Shown here: piece after piece, positions 1 through 11,294 of the stretch
Position numbering within the stretch: the stretch's first letter is position 1
Layout of the letters: each line of letters opens with the position of its first letter
Assembly (NCBI GenBank): GCA_016700335.1
Contig: CP065014.1
Coordinates: 1,221,479-1,285,478, forward strand
Reading direction: 5' to 3'
DNA from: Chlorobiota bacterium
GTDB lineage: Bacteria > Bacteroidota > Ignavibacteria > OLB7
DNA: 64,000 nt
Translations under genes and position numbers: made by a program
Notes under the pieces: model-generated
Told to the model about the DNA's origin: nothing
The model's database searches: none
What the model saw: the letters and a program-made list of their open reading frames with translations, nothing else

Positions 1-987
1 AACAGCTTCACCATTACATTGTTTCCAATAAACTTCTTTTCCTATTAAAATTGACCATTTAAAAATTTTTTGTTTATATGTTGATTGGGTCAATACATTT
101 TTTTCAACCCTATTTTTGATTCTTTCAAACAATCTTGGTACTGAAGTCATGATTGTAGGTTTTACTTCAATCAAATTTTCAGCAACAGTTTCTATTGAAT
201 CTGCATAAGCTATTGTAGCTCCACATGCGAAACAACTATAATACCCTGCCATTCGTTCATAACTGTGGCATAATGGTAAATAACTTAAAACTAAATCATT
301 AGAATCAATTGGTAAAAATTCTACAGATGAAACTATGTTTGAAACTAGATTACTATGAGTTAGCATGACTCCTTTTGGATTGCCTGTTGTTCCAGATGTG
401 TAAATTATTGTTAATAAATCTTCAGGATTAGTTGATTTTGAAATTGTTTCAAGTTGACCAATTACTGCTTCTGATAATTTTTTTCCTCTTTTGATAACAT
501 CTTCAAAAAGTATTGCATATTTTTCTTTTAAGGATGGGAACATCTCTAATGCTTCAGGCTGCATTACAATGATGTTTTTTAGCGAAGGTATATTATCGAT
601 TATTTTATTGAGCTTACCCAATTGTAAGCTATTTGAACACACAATTGCTTTCACTTTTGAATCGTTAAAAATAAATTCTAATTGTTTTGGTGTTAGAATT
701 GGAAAAGTAGGAACGTCAGGATATCCACAACATGTACAAGCAAAATCGGTAATCATCCATTCAAGTCTATTCTCGCTCATTATTCCTATTGTGTCGCCTC
801 TTTCTAAGCCTAAAGACCTTAATCCCAAAGCAAACGATTCAACTTGGAGATAAAAATTATCATATTTAACCCCTTCATAATTTCCTTTTACTTTCCTTAA
901 AAAGGCATTTTTATCACTACCTTGAAAATGTTTAGATACACTTATAAACAATTCAGAAATTGTTGAGAATTTTGATACTAAAGGCAT
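1..987 (-). CDS. AMP-dependent synthetase/ligase (acyl-CoA synthetase family), 5' part only; gene runs off the window edge
   Basis: The minus-strand frame starting at ATG 985-987 reads MPLVSKFSTISELF. The AMP-binding signature YTSGTTGNPKG is encoded at about 372-402 in the same frame. The listed + ORF 491..853 is a shadow of this gene. Confidence 0.75.
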   Translation of the reverse strand, partial: MPLVSKFSTISELFISVSKHFQGSDKNAFLRKVKGNYEGVKYDNFYLQVESFALGLRSLGLERGDTIGIMSENRLEWMITDFACTCCGYPDVPTFPILTPKQLEFIFNDSKVKAIVCSNSLQLGKLNKIIDNIPSLKNIIVMQPEALEMFPSLKEKYAILFEDVIKRGKKLSEAVIGQLETISKSTNPEDLLTIIYTSGTTGNPKGVMLTHSNLVSNIVSSVEFLPIDSNDLVLSYLPLCHSYERMAGYYSCFACGATIAYADSIETVAENLIEVKPTIMTSVPRLFERIKNRVEKNVLTQSTYKQKIFKWSILIGKEVYWKQCNGEAV

Positions 988-1144
988 ATTAAAAAAATAT
1001 AGTTTAAAAATTAAATAATGTAAATTTATAAAATATTGGGTTTTTAATAACAAATTTCAAACACTAATAATTTCTTATAAAATTTGAATTATTTTAAGTT
1101 TAAAATTATCAAAATCTATTTTCAATTTTTTACTAGTTAAAATT

Positions 1145-1948
1145 TTGGTAAATTGCTATTCTATAAATATGAAAAATTTTCTAAATATGCTTGAAATTGA
1201 TTCAAGCAATAAAAACAAAAAAGAAGTTCCTAAATATAAGGTTTTGTTTCAAGATGATAACATTGTAGTTTTTGATAAAAGTTCAGGAATTGCCGTTATA
1301 CCTGAACGATATGATATTGGAAATTCACTTAAAGAACTTGCAGAATTTGAAATTGGAAAATTGCTTACAGTTCATAGAATTGATAAGGAGACAAGTGGTA
1401 TTGTTCTCTTTGCAAAAAATGCTGAATCTCACAGAAATTTAAATATTCAATTTGAAAAGAGAGAATGTGAAAAAATTTATATTGCTGTTCTTGAAGGTGA
1501 GCTTCCTGAAGATGAAATGAAAATAGATATTCCAATTGGTACAGACCCCTCAGACCCAACAATTATGCGACCAAGCGCACGTGGCAAAGAGTGTGTTACC
1601 ATTTTCAAAGTGATAAATAGGTTTAAGGGATATACACTTGTTAGTGCAAATTTACTTACTGGAAGGCAACATCAAATTAGAGTTCATGCAAGGGCAATTG
1701 GATTTCCATTATTAGTTGATTCAATTTATGGAAATAGAAGCAATTTTTTGTTATCAACTCTTAAACGTGGATTCAGAACTGGTAAGTATTCTGAAGAATC
1801 CCCAATAATATCTAGGTTAACTTTGCATGCTCAAAAATTATCTATTAACCATCCTATTACTAATGAGAGAATTACATTTGAATCTGAATTACCTAGAGAT
1901 TTAAAAGCTTTAATTCAACAACTTTCAAAACTTAGAAGAATAAATTAA
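1145..1948 (+). CDS. RluA-family pseudouridine synthase
   Basis: Catalytic motif HRIDKETSGIVLFAKN (HRLDxxTSG), with a 23S rRNA/tRNA pseudouridine synthase-like order of blocks. Confidence 0.8.
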   Translation: MVNCYSINMKNFLNMLEIDSSNKNKKEVPKYKVLFQDDNIVVFDKSSGIAVIPERYDIGNSLKELAEFEIGKLLTVHRIDKETSGIVLFAKNAESHRNLNIQFEKRECEKIYIAVLEGELPEDEMKIDIPIGTDPSDPTIMRPSARGKECVTIFKVINRFKGYTLVSANLLTGRQHQIRVHARAIGFPLLVDSIYGNRSNFLLSTLKRGFRTGKYSEESPIISRLTLHAQKLSINHPITNERITFESELPRDLKALIQQLSKLRRIN

Positions 1949-2053
1949 TTTTATTAATGTATTTGACATTTTGAATTTATTTTATAAAATTTAGTTCGAA
2001 TTTTTTGGAAGTAATATTTCCATCAAAAATATTTTAAACTTGATTTGAAAAAA

Positions 2054-2090
2054 AATTGGATAAAATTTTTTCTATCCAATTGGTTTTATT
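2054..2090 (+). terminator. putative intrinsic terminator downstream of the RluA-family gene
   Basis: Inverted repeat aattggata ... tatccaatt followed by ggttttatt. Confidence 0.4.
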
Positions 2091-2235
2091 AATATTCTAT
2101 CTTTTAACTATTGAATATTAATTTAATTTATTTTGAATTAATTATGTTTAAAATTTAGTAATTAGTAACAACGTTTTATTACTCGCGTGCAACAAATTGG
2201 AGTATCAGATTTTTATTAACTAAAATTATATTTTA

Positions 2236-4944
2236 TTGATGACAAACTCATTTAATTCAAAGTCAACTTTCAATGTTTTAGGTAAAGATTATATTTTTTA
2301 TAATCTCAATACATTATCAAAAAATGGTATCAACCTTTCAAGATTACCATATTCACTAAAAGTTTTGTTAGAAAATTTACTCAGATGTGAAGATAATTTA
2401 AATGTAACCGAAAAAGATATAATGGCATTAGGAAATTGGGATTCAAATGCAATTCCAGTTAAAGAAATTGCTTTTATGCCAGCTAGAGTATTGTTACAAG
2501 ATTTTACTGGCGTTCCTTGCGTTGTTGATTTAGCAGCTATGAGAGATGCTATGAAAAAATTTGGTGGTGATGCTTCTAAAATTAATCCTCTAGTTGCTGT
2601 TGATTTAGTAATTGATCATTCAGTTCAAGTTGACCATTATGCAAGTGATACAGCATTTGATTTAAACAAAATTTTAGAATATTCTCGAAATCGTGAGAGG
2701 TATGCATTCTTAAGATGGGGACAAACAGCTTTTACAAATTTTAGAGCTGTACCTCCTGATACTGGTATAGTTCATCAAGTAAATTTAGAGTATTTAGCTC
2801 CTGTTTCTTTTATTAATAAGAACACAAACACTGTTTATCCTGATACTGTTGTTGGGACAGATTCTCATACAACAATGATTAATGGTATAGGCGTTTTAGG
2901 CTGGGGTGTTGGAGGTATTGAAGCTGAAGCAGTTATGCTTGGCCAACCAGTTTCAATGCTAATACCTAGAGTTGTTGGTTTTAAATTAACTGGTAAATTA
3001 TCAGAAGGTTCAACTTCAACAGATTTAGTTTTAACAGTAACAGAAATATTACGTAAACATGGAGTAGTTGGTAAATTTGTTGAATTCTATGGAAAAGGTC
3101 TAAAAAATTTATCATTAGCAGATAGAGCAACAATTGCAAATATGGCTCCAGAGTATGGTGCAACATGTGGAATTTTCCCTATTGATTCTGAATCAATTCG
3201 ATACATGAAGTTTACTGGTAGAACCGAAGAGCAAGTATTAGTTACTGAAGCATATTATAAAGCACAAGGTATGTTTCATGATGACAATACACCTGAAGCA
3301 GATTATAGTGAGTTCATTGAGTTAGATTTATCTACAGTAGTTGCTAGTATTGCAGGACCTAAAAGACCACAAGATAGACTACTTTTATCTGAGACAAAAG
3401 AAAATTTTTATAAACTTATCAATTCTTTAGATAAATTATCTAGTTCTGATGCTGCTAATATTATTAAAGAATCTTCAACACAAATTGTAAATGGTTCTAC
3501 TTTTAATATTCAACATGGCTCGGTTGTTATTGCTGCAATAACTTCTTGTACTAATACTTCAAATCCGTCTGTACTTGTTGCAGCAGGACTCGTTGCAAAA
3601 AAAGCATATGAGAAAGGATTGAACAGAAAGCCATGGGTTAAAACTTCATTAGCACCAGGTTCTCAAGTAGTAACAAAGTATCTTTCTGATTCAGGGCTTG
3701 ATAAATATCTTAACGCAATTGGATTCAATAATGTTGGTTATGGTTGTACAACTTGTATAGGAAATTCAGGACCATTACCAATTGAAATTTCAAAATCTGT
3801 AAATGAAAATTCTTTAGTTGTTGCTTCAGTATTATCAGGAAACAGAAACTTTGAAGGAAGAGTTAATCAAGATGTAAAAGCAAATTATTTAATGTCTCCT
3901 CCATTAGTTGTTGTTTATGCAATAGCAGGTAGAATTGATATTGATTTACATAATGATCCAATTGGTTTAGATGAAAACGGTGTAAATGTTTATCTAAAAG
4001 ATATTTGGCCAACTTTACGAGAGGTTCAAGATGTTATGGATAAATCTGTTAGAAGTGAAATGTTTTTAGAAACATATAAAGATGTATTTAAAGGTGATGA
4101 ACTTTGGAACAGTTTGGAGATACCAGAAGGAGATTTGTATAATTGGAATGAAGATTCTACTTATGTAAAACATCCACCATATTTTGAAGGAATGAATATT
4201 GAATCAGAAAATGAAATTAAAGAAATTTCAAATGCATATTGTTTAGCATTTTTAGGTGATAGTGTAACTACAGATCATATATCTCCAGCTGGTGCTATTA
4301 AGCCATCTTCTCCTGCTGGTGTATATCTAACTGGTAAAGGAATTGATATTCCCGATTTTAATAGCTATGGTTCCAGACGTGGTAATCATGAAGTAATGGT
4401 TAGAGGTACTTTTGCCAATATTAGAATCAGAAATAAAATGCTTCAAGATGTTGAAGGAGGATTTACTAATTTTATTCCAACTAGTGAACAATTACCAATT
4501 TATGATGCTTCTATAAAATACCAAGAAAATGGAAATTCACTTGTTGTTATAGCTGGAAAAGAATATGGTTCTGGTTCATCAAGAGATTGGGCTGCTAAAG
4601 GAACAATGTTGTTGGGTGTTAAAATGGTGATAACTGAAAGTTATGAAAGAATTCATAGAAGTAATTTAGTAGGAATGGGAATTTTACCATTGCAATTTAT
4701 AAATGGTGAAAGTGCTGAAAGTCTTGGTCTGACTGGTTATGAGAGATATTCAACAAAAGGTTTTAGTACTTTATTTATTGCAGAATTTCCTAGTAATAGA
4801 GTTATTGACGTAATTGCTACAAAGAGTGATGGTAGTGAAGTATTTTTTAAAGCAACTGTAAGAATTGATACTCCACAAGAAGTTTTGTATTTTAAAAACG
4901 GTGGAATATTGCCATATGTTCTTAGAAAACTTCTATCAAATTAA
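2236..4944 (+). CDS. acnA: aconitate hydratase A
   Basis: A 902-aa protein with aconitase-family blocks ([45 protein letters not shown]). Confidence 0.93.
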   Translation: MMTNSFNSKSTFNVLGKDYIFYNLNTLSKNGINLSRLPYSLKVLLENLLRCEDNLNVTEKDIMALGNWDSNAIPVKEIAFMPARVLLQDFTGVPCVVDLAAMRDAMKKFGGDASKINPLVAVDLVIDHSVQVDHYASDTAFDLNKILEYSRNRERYAFLRWGQTAFTNFRAVPPDTGIVHQVNLEYLAPVSFINKNTNTVYPDTVVGTDSHTTMINGIGVLGWGVGGIEAEAVMLGQPVSMLIPRVVGFKLTGKLSEGSTSTDLVLTVTEILRKHGVVGKFVEFYGKGLKNLSLADRATIANMAPEYGATCGIFPIDSESIRYMKFTGRTEEQVLVTEAYYKAQGMFHDDNTPEADYSEFIELDLSTVVASIAGPKRPQDRLLLSETKENFYKLINSLDKLSSSDAANIIKESSTQIVNGSTFNIQHGSVVIAAITSCTNTSNPSVLVAAGLVAKKAYEKGLNRKPWVKTSLAPGSQVVTKYLSDSGLDKYLNAIGFNNVGYGCTTCIGNSGPLPIEISKSVNENSLVVASVLSGNRNFEGRVNQDVKANYLMSPPLVVVYAIAGRIDIDLHNDPIGLDENGVNVYLKDIWPTLREVQDVMDKSVRSEMFLETYKDVFKGDELWNSLEIPEGDLYNWNEDSTYVKHPPYFEGMNIESENEIKEISNAYCLAFLGDSVTTDHISPAGAIKPSSPAGVYLTGKGIDIPDFNSYGSRRGNHEVMVRGTFANIRIRNKMLQDVEGGFTNFIPTSEQLPIYDASIKYQENGNSLVVIAGKEYGSGSSRDWAAKGTMLLGVKMVITESYERIHRSNLVGMGILPLQFINGESAESLGLTGYERYSTKGFSTLFIAEFPSNRVIDVIATKSDGSEVFFKATVRIDTPQEVLYFKNGGILPYVLRKLLSN

Positions 4945-4986
4945 TTTAGAATAATGCTATTTTTATAAAATATAACTTATGTTTTT

Positions 4987-5022
4987 GCTTGTAATTATAA
5001 TTTTTAATTACAGGCTTTTTTA
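4987..5022 (+). terminator. intrinsic terminator after acnA
   Basis: Hairpin gcttgtaattataa/aattacaggc followed by a T run. Confidence 0.5.
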
Positions 5023-5088
5023 TTAAGAAATTGTTTAAGTTTGAAAATATTATAAATATATTTTTCTAATAAATTTTTTTTAAATCAA

Positions 5089-6609
5089 ATGAAATTATTT
5101 TTTACTATTCTTACACTATTATTGATTTCATTTTCAGGAATTAAATTATCTGCTCAGATTTCTTCGAGAAATTATTTTGGACTTGAAGCTGGATTTAATT
5201 ACTCTGTTTTGAATGCAGATAGCGGTTTTATTTTTCCTTATTCAATTCCTTCTCAAGATTTTAATTCTGCTTTGGGTTTTAATAAATTAGGAGGAGGGTA
5301 TGGGTTTGTTGGAGGGTTTACTTTAGATTACGCAATAAATAAATCATTTGGTTTGATTATCAAAGCATTGTATCAAAGAAGATCAACTTCTAATACTGAA
5401 CAGTTTCTAACAAAAGTAGAAGATTTTTCAACTGGAACATCTGATATAGCAACAGTTGAAAATCAATACACTGCTTCATCTGATTATATAAATGGAGACT
5501 TATTACTTAAGATTTCTTTATCACCTGACGCTTGGTATGGTTATGGAGGTGTAAACTTAGCTTCAATTTTATCAAATAAATTTAGTGGAAAATCTACAAT
5601 AAAAAGTTCAGAATCTGGTACAGTACAATTTAAAAGCCCTACACAGGGTTTTCTTGGTACAGAAATGATCATTCCAGAGCAGGAGGCTTTAAATTTTTAT
5701 AACAATATTCATACTAGTATAAAATTAGGTGTAGGTAATTATATTTCAATTGGAGAAAGTGGAACAGTTATTACCCCTGAGTTAAGCGTGAATGTACCAA
5801 TTACAGAATTACTATCAACAAATTCAATTACAATCCTTAATAAAAATCTAGGTTTACCTCCAGCTAATCTAACATCAGCTGCTTTTACTGTAGGTATCAA
5901 ATTTCCTTTTGGTGATAATAAAAATAAACCTGAAGATAAAATTAATAATGACCCTGTTGGGAAAAATTCTAATGGATATTCTAATACTAATGATAATAAC
6001 AATTTAAAAGGAAATGTTAAGGATGCAAAAACTGGTAAACCTATTCCATCTGAAATGTCAATTGTAGATTTAAATACAGGTGAGGTTATAGAAAATTCAT
6101 CAACTGATCAAAATGGAAAATACAATGCAAATGTTACCAAAAAAGGGAAGTACTCTATTACTGCAACATCAAATGGGTATCTTTTTAATTCTAGTTTGTT
6201 TGAAGTTGATGATAATGGTAAAATAATTCGTAAAGGTAATGGTGATATTTTATTGATGTCTGCTGATGAAAGAGGAAAAACAACTCTATTAGTTTTCTTT
6301 GATACAGATAAATCAACACTACAAAGATCTTCTTACCCTGAACTTAATCGTGCAGCTCAATTTTTGAAAAGCAATCCGAATTTAAATATAGAAATTGCTG
6401 GGCATACTGACAACAAAGGAAGTATGGATTACAACAAGGATCTTTCAAAAAGAAGAGCTCAAACAGTATCAAATTACCTTATTAATAAAGGTGTAAATGC
6501 TTCTCAACTTGTGCAAACTGGCTATGGATTTGATTACCCAGTTAATACAAACGAAACCGAAGAAGGTAGAGCTGATAATAGGAGAGTTGAATTTGTTGTT
6601 AAAAAATAA
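5089..6609 (+). CDS. OmpA-family outer membrane protein (N-terminal barrel/porin-like region, carboxypeptidase-regulatory-like fold, C-terminal OmpA peptidoglycan-binding domain)
   Basis: Signal peptide, and a C-terminal OmpA motif block NLNIEIAGHTDNKGSMDYNKDLSKRRAQTVSNYLI...RRVEF. Confidence 0.8.
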   Translation: MKLFFTILTLLLISFSGIKLSAQISSRNYFGLEAGFNYSVLNADSGFIFPYSIPSQDFNSALGFNKLGGGYGFVGGFTLDYAINKSFGLIIKALYQRRSTSNTEQFLTKVEDFSTGTSDIATVENQYTASSDYINGDLLLKISLSPDAWYGYGGVNLASILSNKFSGKSTIKSSESGTVQFKSPTQGFLGTEMIIPEQEALNFYNNIHTSIKLGVGNYISIGESGTVITPELSVNVPITELLSTNSITILNKNLGLPPANLTSAAFTVGIKFPFGDNKNKPEDKINNDPVGKNSNGYSNTNDNNNLKGNVKDAKTGKPIPSEMSIVDLNTGEVIENSSTDQNGKYNANVTKKGKYSITATSNGYLFNSSLFEVDDNGKIIRKGNGDILLMSADERGKTTLLVFFDTDKSTLQRSSYPELNRAAQFLKSNPNLNIEIAGHTDNKGSMDYNKDLSKRRAQTVSNYLINKGVNASQLVQTGYGFDYPVNTNETEEGRADNRRVEFVVKK

Positions 6610-6620
6610 AATTAATTTAT

Positions 6621-6663
6621 AAAAAAAAAGGCTTGGAAGCAACGCATCCAAGCCTTTTTTTTT
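6621..6663. terminator. bidirectional intrinsic terminator between convergent genes
   Basis: A9-ggcttgga-loop-tccaagcc-T9, a perfect 8-bp stem flanked by A and T runs. Confidence 0.75.
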
Positions 6664-6676
6664 AAATATAAGAAAA

Positions 6677-7129
6677 TTAAAACTTAACATTAAATTTTCC
6701 TTCAGTTACGTTTACATTTGTGCTATCAGTTGTAAAAGAAAAAGTTCCAGTTGCACCAACTGAATCAATTTTAGAAATTGAAAGTGTTCCATTTTTTGAA
6801 TTGTAGGAAGTTGGAGAACCTAAATTTGTTATAGTTACATTTCCTGTAACTATATTTAATCCTCCAATTGGTCCAATAATAAAATTCTGTGCAGAAGGAA
6901 CTAAACCAGTAATTGTGATTAAATTCTGTTGCAAACCAATATCAATCCCATTAATTAAGAATGTGCCACTTTTGTAAGAAGCTGTTATATTATCAGCATC
7001 AAAATTTGTAGTTCCAATTTTAGCTGTTATATAATACGTTTTAACTACTGGGGCAGTTGCAGCACTTTCAGCACAAGAGTTAATAATAAAAGCACTTAAG
7101 ATTGTTAGAAAAAAAATAAATAATTTCAT
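6677..7129 (-). CDS. hypothetical secreted/lipoprotein (150 aa)
   Basis: N-terminal signal peptide with a Cys (IINSC) and a Thr/Asn/Gly-rich beta-rich sequence. No recognisable family. Confidence 0.5.
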   Translation of the reverse strand: MKLFIFFLTILSAFIINSCAESAATAPVVKTYYITAKIGTTNFDADNITASYKSGTFLINGIDIGLQQNLITITGLVPSAQNFIIGPIGGLNIVTGNVTITNLGSPTSYNSKNGTLSISKIDSVGATGTFSFTTDSTNVNVTEGKFNVKF

Positions 7130-7180
7130 TTAAAATTGTTGGAAATTTATAATTAGTAATTGTTTTAAAATTCAAGTTAA

Positions 7181-7648
7181 TCATTTTGATAATTTTTTTA
7201 TAAATTCAAAATGAACTTTTGAGACTGGTTGGATTGACAACCTAGAACCCTTTTGTAATAAGACCATTCCATCAAGTTCTGGTTTATTCTTTAAATCTTG
7301 AAGAGAAATTGGGTTTGAAAATTTTTTGATGAATTTGATATCTAATAAAATCCAAGTTGGGTTTTCAATTTTTGATTTTGCATCATAATGTTTATCTTTA
7401 ATATCGAATGCTGATTTATCTGGATAAGGGTTACTACAAACTTTTGCTAATCCAACAATTGAATTAGGTTCAGAATTAGAATGATAAAATAAAACTTCAT
7501 CACCAATATTCATACTGTCACGTAAGAAATTTCTTGCTTGATAATTCCTTACACCTTCCCATGCAGTTACTATGTCATTCTTAAAATCATCAATTGAATA
7601 TGAATTTGGTTCACTTTTAAATAACCAATATTTTTTTGAAATTGACAT
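7181..7648 (-). CDS. EVE (PUA-like) domain protein
   Basis: YWLFKSEPNSYSIDDF...WEGVRNYQARNFLR...GDEVLFYHS matches the EVE domain pattern. Confidence 0.8.
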   Translation of the reverse strand: MSISKKYWLFKSEPNSYSIDDFKNDIVTAWEGVRNYQARNFLRDSMNIGDEVLFYHSNSEPNSIVGLAKVCSNPYPDKSAFDIKDKHYDAKSKIENPTWILLDIKFIKKFSNPISLQDLKNKPELDGMVLLQKGSRLSIQPVSKVHFEFIKKLSK

Positions 7649-7654
7649 TTACAA

Positions 7655-8146
7655 TTAAAAATTTTTAAAATAATCGAAAGGTTCTTTACATTCTAAACAC
7701 TTATACATTGATTTACAAGATGTTGAGCTAAACTGACTTATTAACTCTGTTTTATTTGAACCACATAATGGGCATTCTATCAAATCTTCAATTTTATTTG
7801 ATAAATCAATTTGATAAAAACCACTATTTTTTGGTGGTGCAATTCCAAATTTTTTTAAATTTTCTTTTCCATTTAAGGTCATCCAATCTGTAGTCCATGC
7901 AGGTGAAAGTTGGATTGAAACCTTAGCATTAGTAAAATCTTTTTTTAATGCAGATAATATATCATCCTCAATTACTTTCATTGCTGGGCATCCAGAATAA
8001 GTTGGTGTAATAATTATATGAACTAAATTATTGCTTAAATTAACATCTCTAACTATTCCTAAATCAATTATAGAGAGTACAGGAATTTCAGGATCTTTAA
8101 CTTTTGTTAATACGTTTAAAATATATTCTTTATTAAATTTGTCCAA
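7655..8146 (-). CDS. paaD: phenylacetate-CoA oxygenase subunit PaaD (PaaJ in newer nomenclature); DUF59/SUF-like domain with a C-terminal Cys cluster
   Basis: DUF59-like N-terminus (VKDPEIPVLSIIDLGIV), a C-terminal CPLCGS...CLECKEPF cluster, and a position directly after paaABC. Confidence 0.8.
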   Translation of the reverse strand: MDKFNKEYILNVLTKVKDPEIPVLSIIDLGIVRDVNLSNNLVHIIITPTYSGCPAMKVIEDDILSALKKDFTNAKVSIQLSPAWTTDWMTLNGKENLKKFGIAPPKNSGFYQIDLSNKIEDLIECPLCGSNKTELISQFSSTSCKSMYKCLECKEPFDYFKNF

Positions 8147-8152
8147 TAAATT

Positions 8153-8914
8153 TTACCAATTAGAATTTGGAAGTAATCTTTGTAAATATTGCAGTTCAGA
8201 AAGTAAATACCCCATAGATTCAGTATGAACTCCATTTTTCCCACCAATAAGCATCCATTCATCGTTTGGAGTAGTTAAAGTAGCTTCATTAAATACATTC
8301 TCAATTGAGGATTTCCATCTATGTTTTAATTTTAAAACGTCAACTCCAAAATTAGATTCTGAAGCAAAAATTTCAAATTCAGTAGGAGTAAAAAATTCAC
8401 CAGTGAATTTCCACAAATCATTTATACTTTGTTGGATTCTATTATGACTTTCTTCTGTTCCATCTCCTAGCCTAATAATCCATTCATTAGCCCATCTAAC
8501 ATGATAAGCTATTTCTTTTAAAGATTTTTCTGCAATAGCAGAAAGTTGCAAATCTGTACTTTTTTTTAATTCAGCAAAGTATAAAAAAGCAAAATTGCTA
8601 TACAAGAATTGTCTGGCAACTGTATAACCAAAATCTAAATTAGGATGTTCAAGTAATAATAGATTTGAATACTGATTTTCTTGTCTTAAATAAGCATAGT
8701 AATCTTCAGACTGATTTTTATCATCAATAAGAGAACAATATTGATAAAAATTCCTAGCTTGACCAATAAGATCTAACCCTATGTTTGACATTGCAATATC
8801 TTGTTCTAAAATAGGACCATGCCCAGCCCATTCCGACAATCGATGACCGAGAATCAAAGAATTATCTGCAAGATGAAGAGAGTATTTTAATAAATTACCT
8901 TTTTGTATAATCAA
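8153..8914 (-). CDS. paaC: 1,2-phenylacetyl-CoA epoxidase subunit C
   Basis: Ferritin-like PaaC pattern and a position between paaB and paaD. Confidence 0.8.
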   Translation of the reverse strand: MIIQKGNLLKYSLHLADNSLILGHRLSEWAGHGPILEQDIAMSNIGLDLIGQARNFYQYCSLIDDKNQSEDYYAYLRQENQYSNLLLLEHPNLDFGYTVARQFLYSNFAFLYFAELKKSTDLQLSAIAEKSLKEIAYHVRWANEWIIRLGDGTEESHNRIQQSINDLWKFTGEFFTPTEFEIFASESNFGVDVLKLKHRWKSSIENVFNEATLTTPNDEWMLIGGKNGVHTESMGYLLSELQYLQRLLPNSNW

Positions 8915-8948
8915 GTTAGTATAATAGTTATTACAATTTAAAAAATGT

Positions 8949-9233
8949 TTACATATACTCTAATTCATCTGGTAATTTGTAAAATGTTGGATGACGATAT
9001 ACTTTGTCATCAGATGGATCAAAAAGGAGTTCTGAATCATCTGGGTTTGTTGCATGAATATATTTTGATTCAACAACCCAAATTGAGATTCCTTCATTAC
9101 GCCTTGTATAAACATCTCTAGCATTTTCAATAGCCATTTCCTTGTCAGCAGCATGAAGTGATCCTACATGCTTGTGACTTAAACCTTGTTTACTTCTAAT
9201 AAATACTTCCCAAATTGGCCAATCTTTATTCAT
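8949..9233 (-). CDS. paaB: 1,2-phenylacetyl-CoA epoxidase subunit B
   Basis: A small 94-aa protein MNKDWPIWEVFIRSKQGLSHKHVGSLHA, typical of PaaB. Confidence 0.85.
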   Translation of the reverse strand: MNKDWPIWEVFIRSKQGLSHKHVGSLHAADKEMAIENARDVYTRRNEGISIWVVESKYIHATNPDDSELLFDPSDDKVYRHPTFYKLPDELEYM

Positions 9234-9253
9234 TTGAATTTTATAATAATTAA

Positions 9254-10210
9254 TTAAGCAACATTTAAAGTTTCATTGAATCTTTTAATTTTCTTTTCAG
9301 CATAAACAGCTGCTGCCTCTCTTACCCATTCACCTTTGTTATGAGCAGAAACCCTTGCTTCTAACCTTTGTTTATTACATGGTCCATTTCCTTTAATAAT
9401 ATTGTTAAATTCATTCCAATTAATCTCACCAAAATTAAAGTGTCCTCTAGATTCATTCCATTTAAGTTCTGGATCAGGAATTTTTAAACCAAGTATTTCG
9501 GCTTGAGAAACTGTAACATCAACAAATCTTTGTCTTAATTCATCATTTGACAATCTTTTGATTTTCCATTTAAGAGATTGAGCAGAGTGAGTTGAATCTT
9601 TATCACTAGGACCAAACATCATCAAACTAGGCCACCACCATCTATTAAGAGAATCTTGAGCCATTTCTTTTTGTTCAATTGAGCTATTACAAAGAGTTAA
9701 TAAAATTTCGTAACCCTGCCTTTGATGAAAGCTTTCTTCCTTACAGATTTTTACCATTGCTCTTGCGTATGGTCCATAAGATGTTCTACAAAGCATAACT
9801 TGGTTCATTATTGCAGCTCCATCTACCAACCAACCAATAGATCCAATATCTGCCCAATTTAAAGTTGGATAATTAAAAATACTTGAATACTTAGCTTTAC
9901 CAATATGAAGTTCATTTAACAATGTTTCTCTGTCAATTCCCAATGTTTCAGCAGCACTATATAGATACAAACCATGACCACCTTCATCTTGCACTTTGGC
10001 TAAAAGTACGGCTTTTCTTCTAAGAGTTGGAGCACGAGTTATCCAATTACTTTCAGGTAGCATACCTACTACTTCAGAATGGGCATGTTGAGCAATTTGA
10101 CGAATTAGTGTTTTCCTATAAGCTTCTGGCATCCAATCCTTGGGCTCTATTTTAATTTCAGAATCAATTTTCTTCTGAAAATTTTCCTCTAGTACTAATA
10201 AATTTTCCAT
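9254..10210 (-). CDS. paaA: 1,2-phenylacetyl-CoA epoxidase catalytic subunit A
   Basis: Di-iron oxygenase PaaA blocks ([31 protein letters not shown]). Confidence 0.88.
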   Translation of the reverse strand: MENLLVLEENFQKKIDSEIKIEPKDWMPEAYRKTLIRQIAQHAHSEVVGMLPESNWITRAPTLRRKAVLLAKVQDEGGHGLYLYSAAETLGIDRETLLNELHIGKAKYSSIFNYPTLNWADIGSIGWLVDGAAIMNQVMLCRTSYGPYARAMVKICKEESFHQRQGYEILLTLCNSSIEQKEMAQDSLNRWWWPSLMMFGPSDKDSTHSAQSLKWKIKRLSNDELRQRFVDVTVSQAEILGLKIPDPELKWNESRGHFNFGEINWNEFNNIIKGNGPCNKQRLEARVSAHNKGEWVREAAAVYAEKKIKRFNETLNVA

Positions 10211-10292
10211 GATAATTTAAAAAAAACAAAATTAAAAAATAAGACTAATCACAAATGATCTATAAAAATTTGTATTAATTAATTAAGTAAAA

Positions 10293-11207
10293 TTAAACAA
10301 ATTTTTTTGGGAACAAAAAAGAAGCTATTACTGAGAGTCCTAATGCAATAGCAATAATAATTAATGAAACAATATTACTTATATGAATATCAAAAAATGG
10401 CAGTAACATTTTAATACCAATAAATCCAAGTATAATTGACAAACCATACTTGAGTAGATGAAATTTTTCAATAAAACTTGAGAGTAAAAAATACAAGTTT
10501 CTCAATCCTAAAATTGCAAAAATATTTGAAGTATAAACTATGAATGAATTTTTTGTTATCCCAATTACAGCTGGAATTGAATCAACTGCAAACAATAAAT
10601 CAGATGTTTCAATGAGAATTAAAACAACAAATAAAGGAGTAACAAATAATTTATTATTAATTTTTACAAAAAATTTTTCTTCATGAAAATCTTCAGTTAC
10701 ATTGAAAAATTTGTGTAAAATTTTTACTAATGGATTTTTATCAATTGCATGATTAGGGTCTTTTTCAATTAACATATTAATAGCTGTAAAAACTAAGAAC
10801 CCACCAAACAAATACTCAACCCAAGAAAATTTTACAATCAAAGCAGTACCTAATAATATCATTAGTGTACGCATTATAATTGCTCCTAAAATACCCCAGA
10901 ATAATACTCTATGTTGAAACTTAGGTTCAACATTGAAAAACTCAAAAATAACTACAAATACAAACAAATTATCTACTGAAAGCGACTGTTCTAAAATATA
11001 ACCAGTTAAAAATTCAGTTGCAGATTGTTTACCAAATTCTAAATAAATAAAAGCATTAAAAATCATTGCTAATAAAAACCAAAACAAAGCCCAAAATCCA
11101 GCTTCTTTCGGTTTTACAATATGATTTTTTTTATTAAATACTTTTAAATCTAAAAATAATAAAATCAGTATAAGGATATTAAAACCAACCCACCAAGTAA
11201 TTCCCAA
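10293..11207 (-). CDS. TerC-family integral membrane protein
   Basis: Polytopic membrane protein with the LSVDNLFVF motif characteristic of TerC/Alx. Confidence 0.75.
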   Translation of the reverse strand: MGITWWVGFNILILILLFLDLKVFNKKNHIVKPKEAGFWALFWFLLAMIFNAFIYLEFGKQSATEFLTGYILEQSLSVDNLFVFVVIFEFFNVEPKFQHRVLFWGILGAIIMRTLMILLGTALIVKFSWVEYLFGGFLVFTAINMLIEKDPNHAIDKNPLVKILHKFFNVTEDFHEEKFFVKINNKLFVTPLFVVLILIETSDLLFAVDSIPAVIGITKNSFIVYTSNIFAILGLRNLYFLLSSFIEKFHLLKYGLSIILGFIGIKMLLPFFDIHISNIVSLIIIAIALGLSVIASFLFPKKFV

Positions 11208-11294
11208 ATTATTTTAGGTGTTATTTAATTTAATTCTGTTTATAAATTACAGTACGAATTAAATTAAAATATAGTTTAAAATACAAACTATATT

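Noticed and set aside
491-853. Listed 120-aa + strand ORF
   Set aside because: It lies entirely inside the minus-strand AMP-ligase gene, whose frame carries the YTSGTTGNPKG motif. It is a shadow ORF.
8960-9154. 64-aa minus-strand ORF overlapping paaB in another frame
   Set aside because: It is an alternative frame of the paaB coding region. The PaaB frame has the recognisable conserved sequence.
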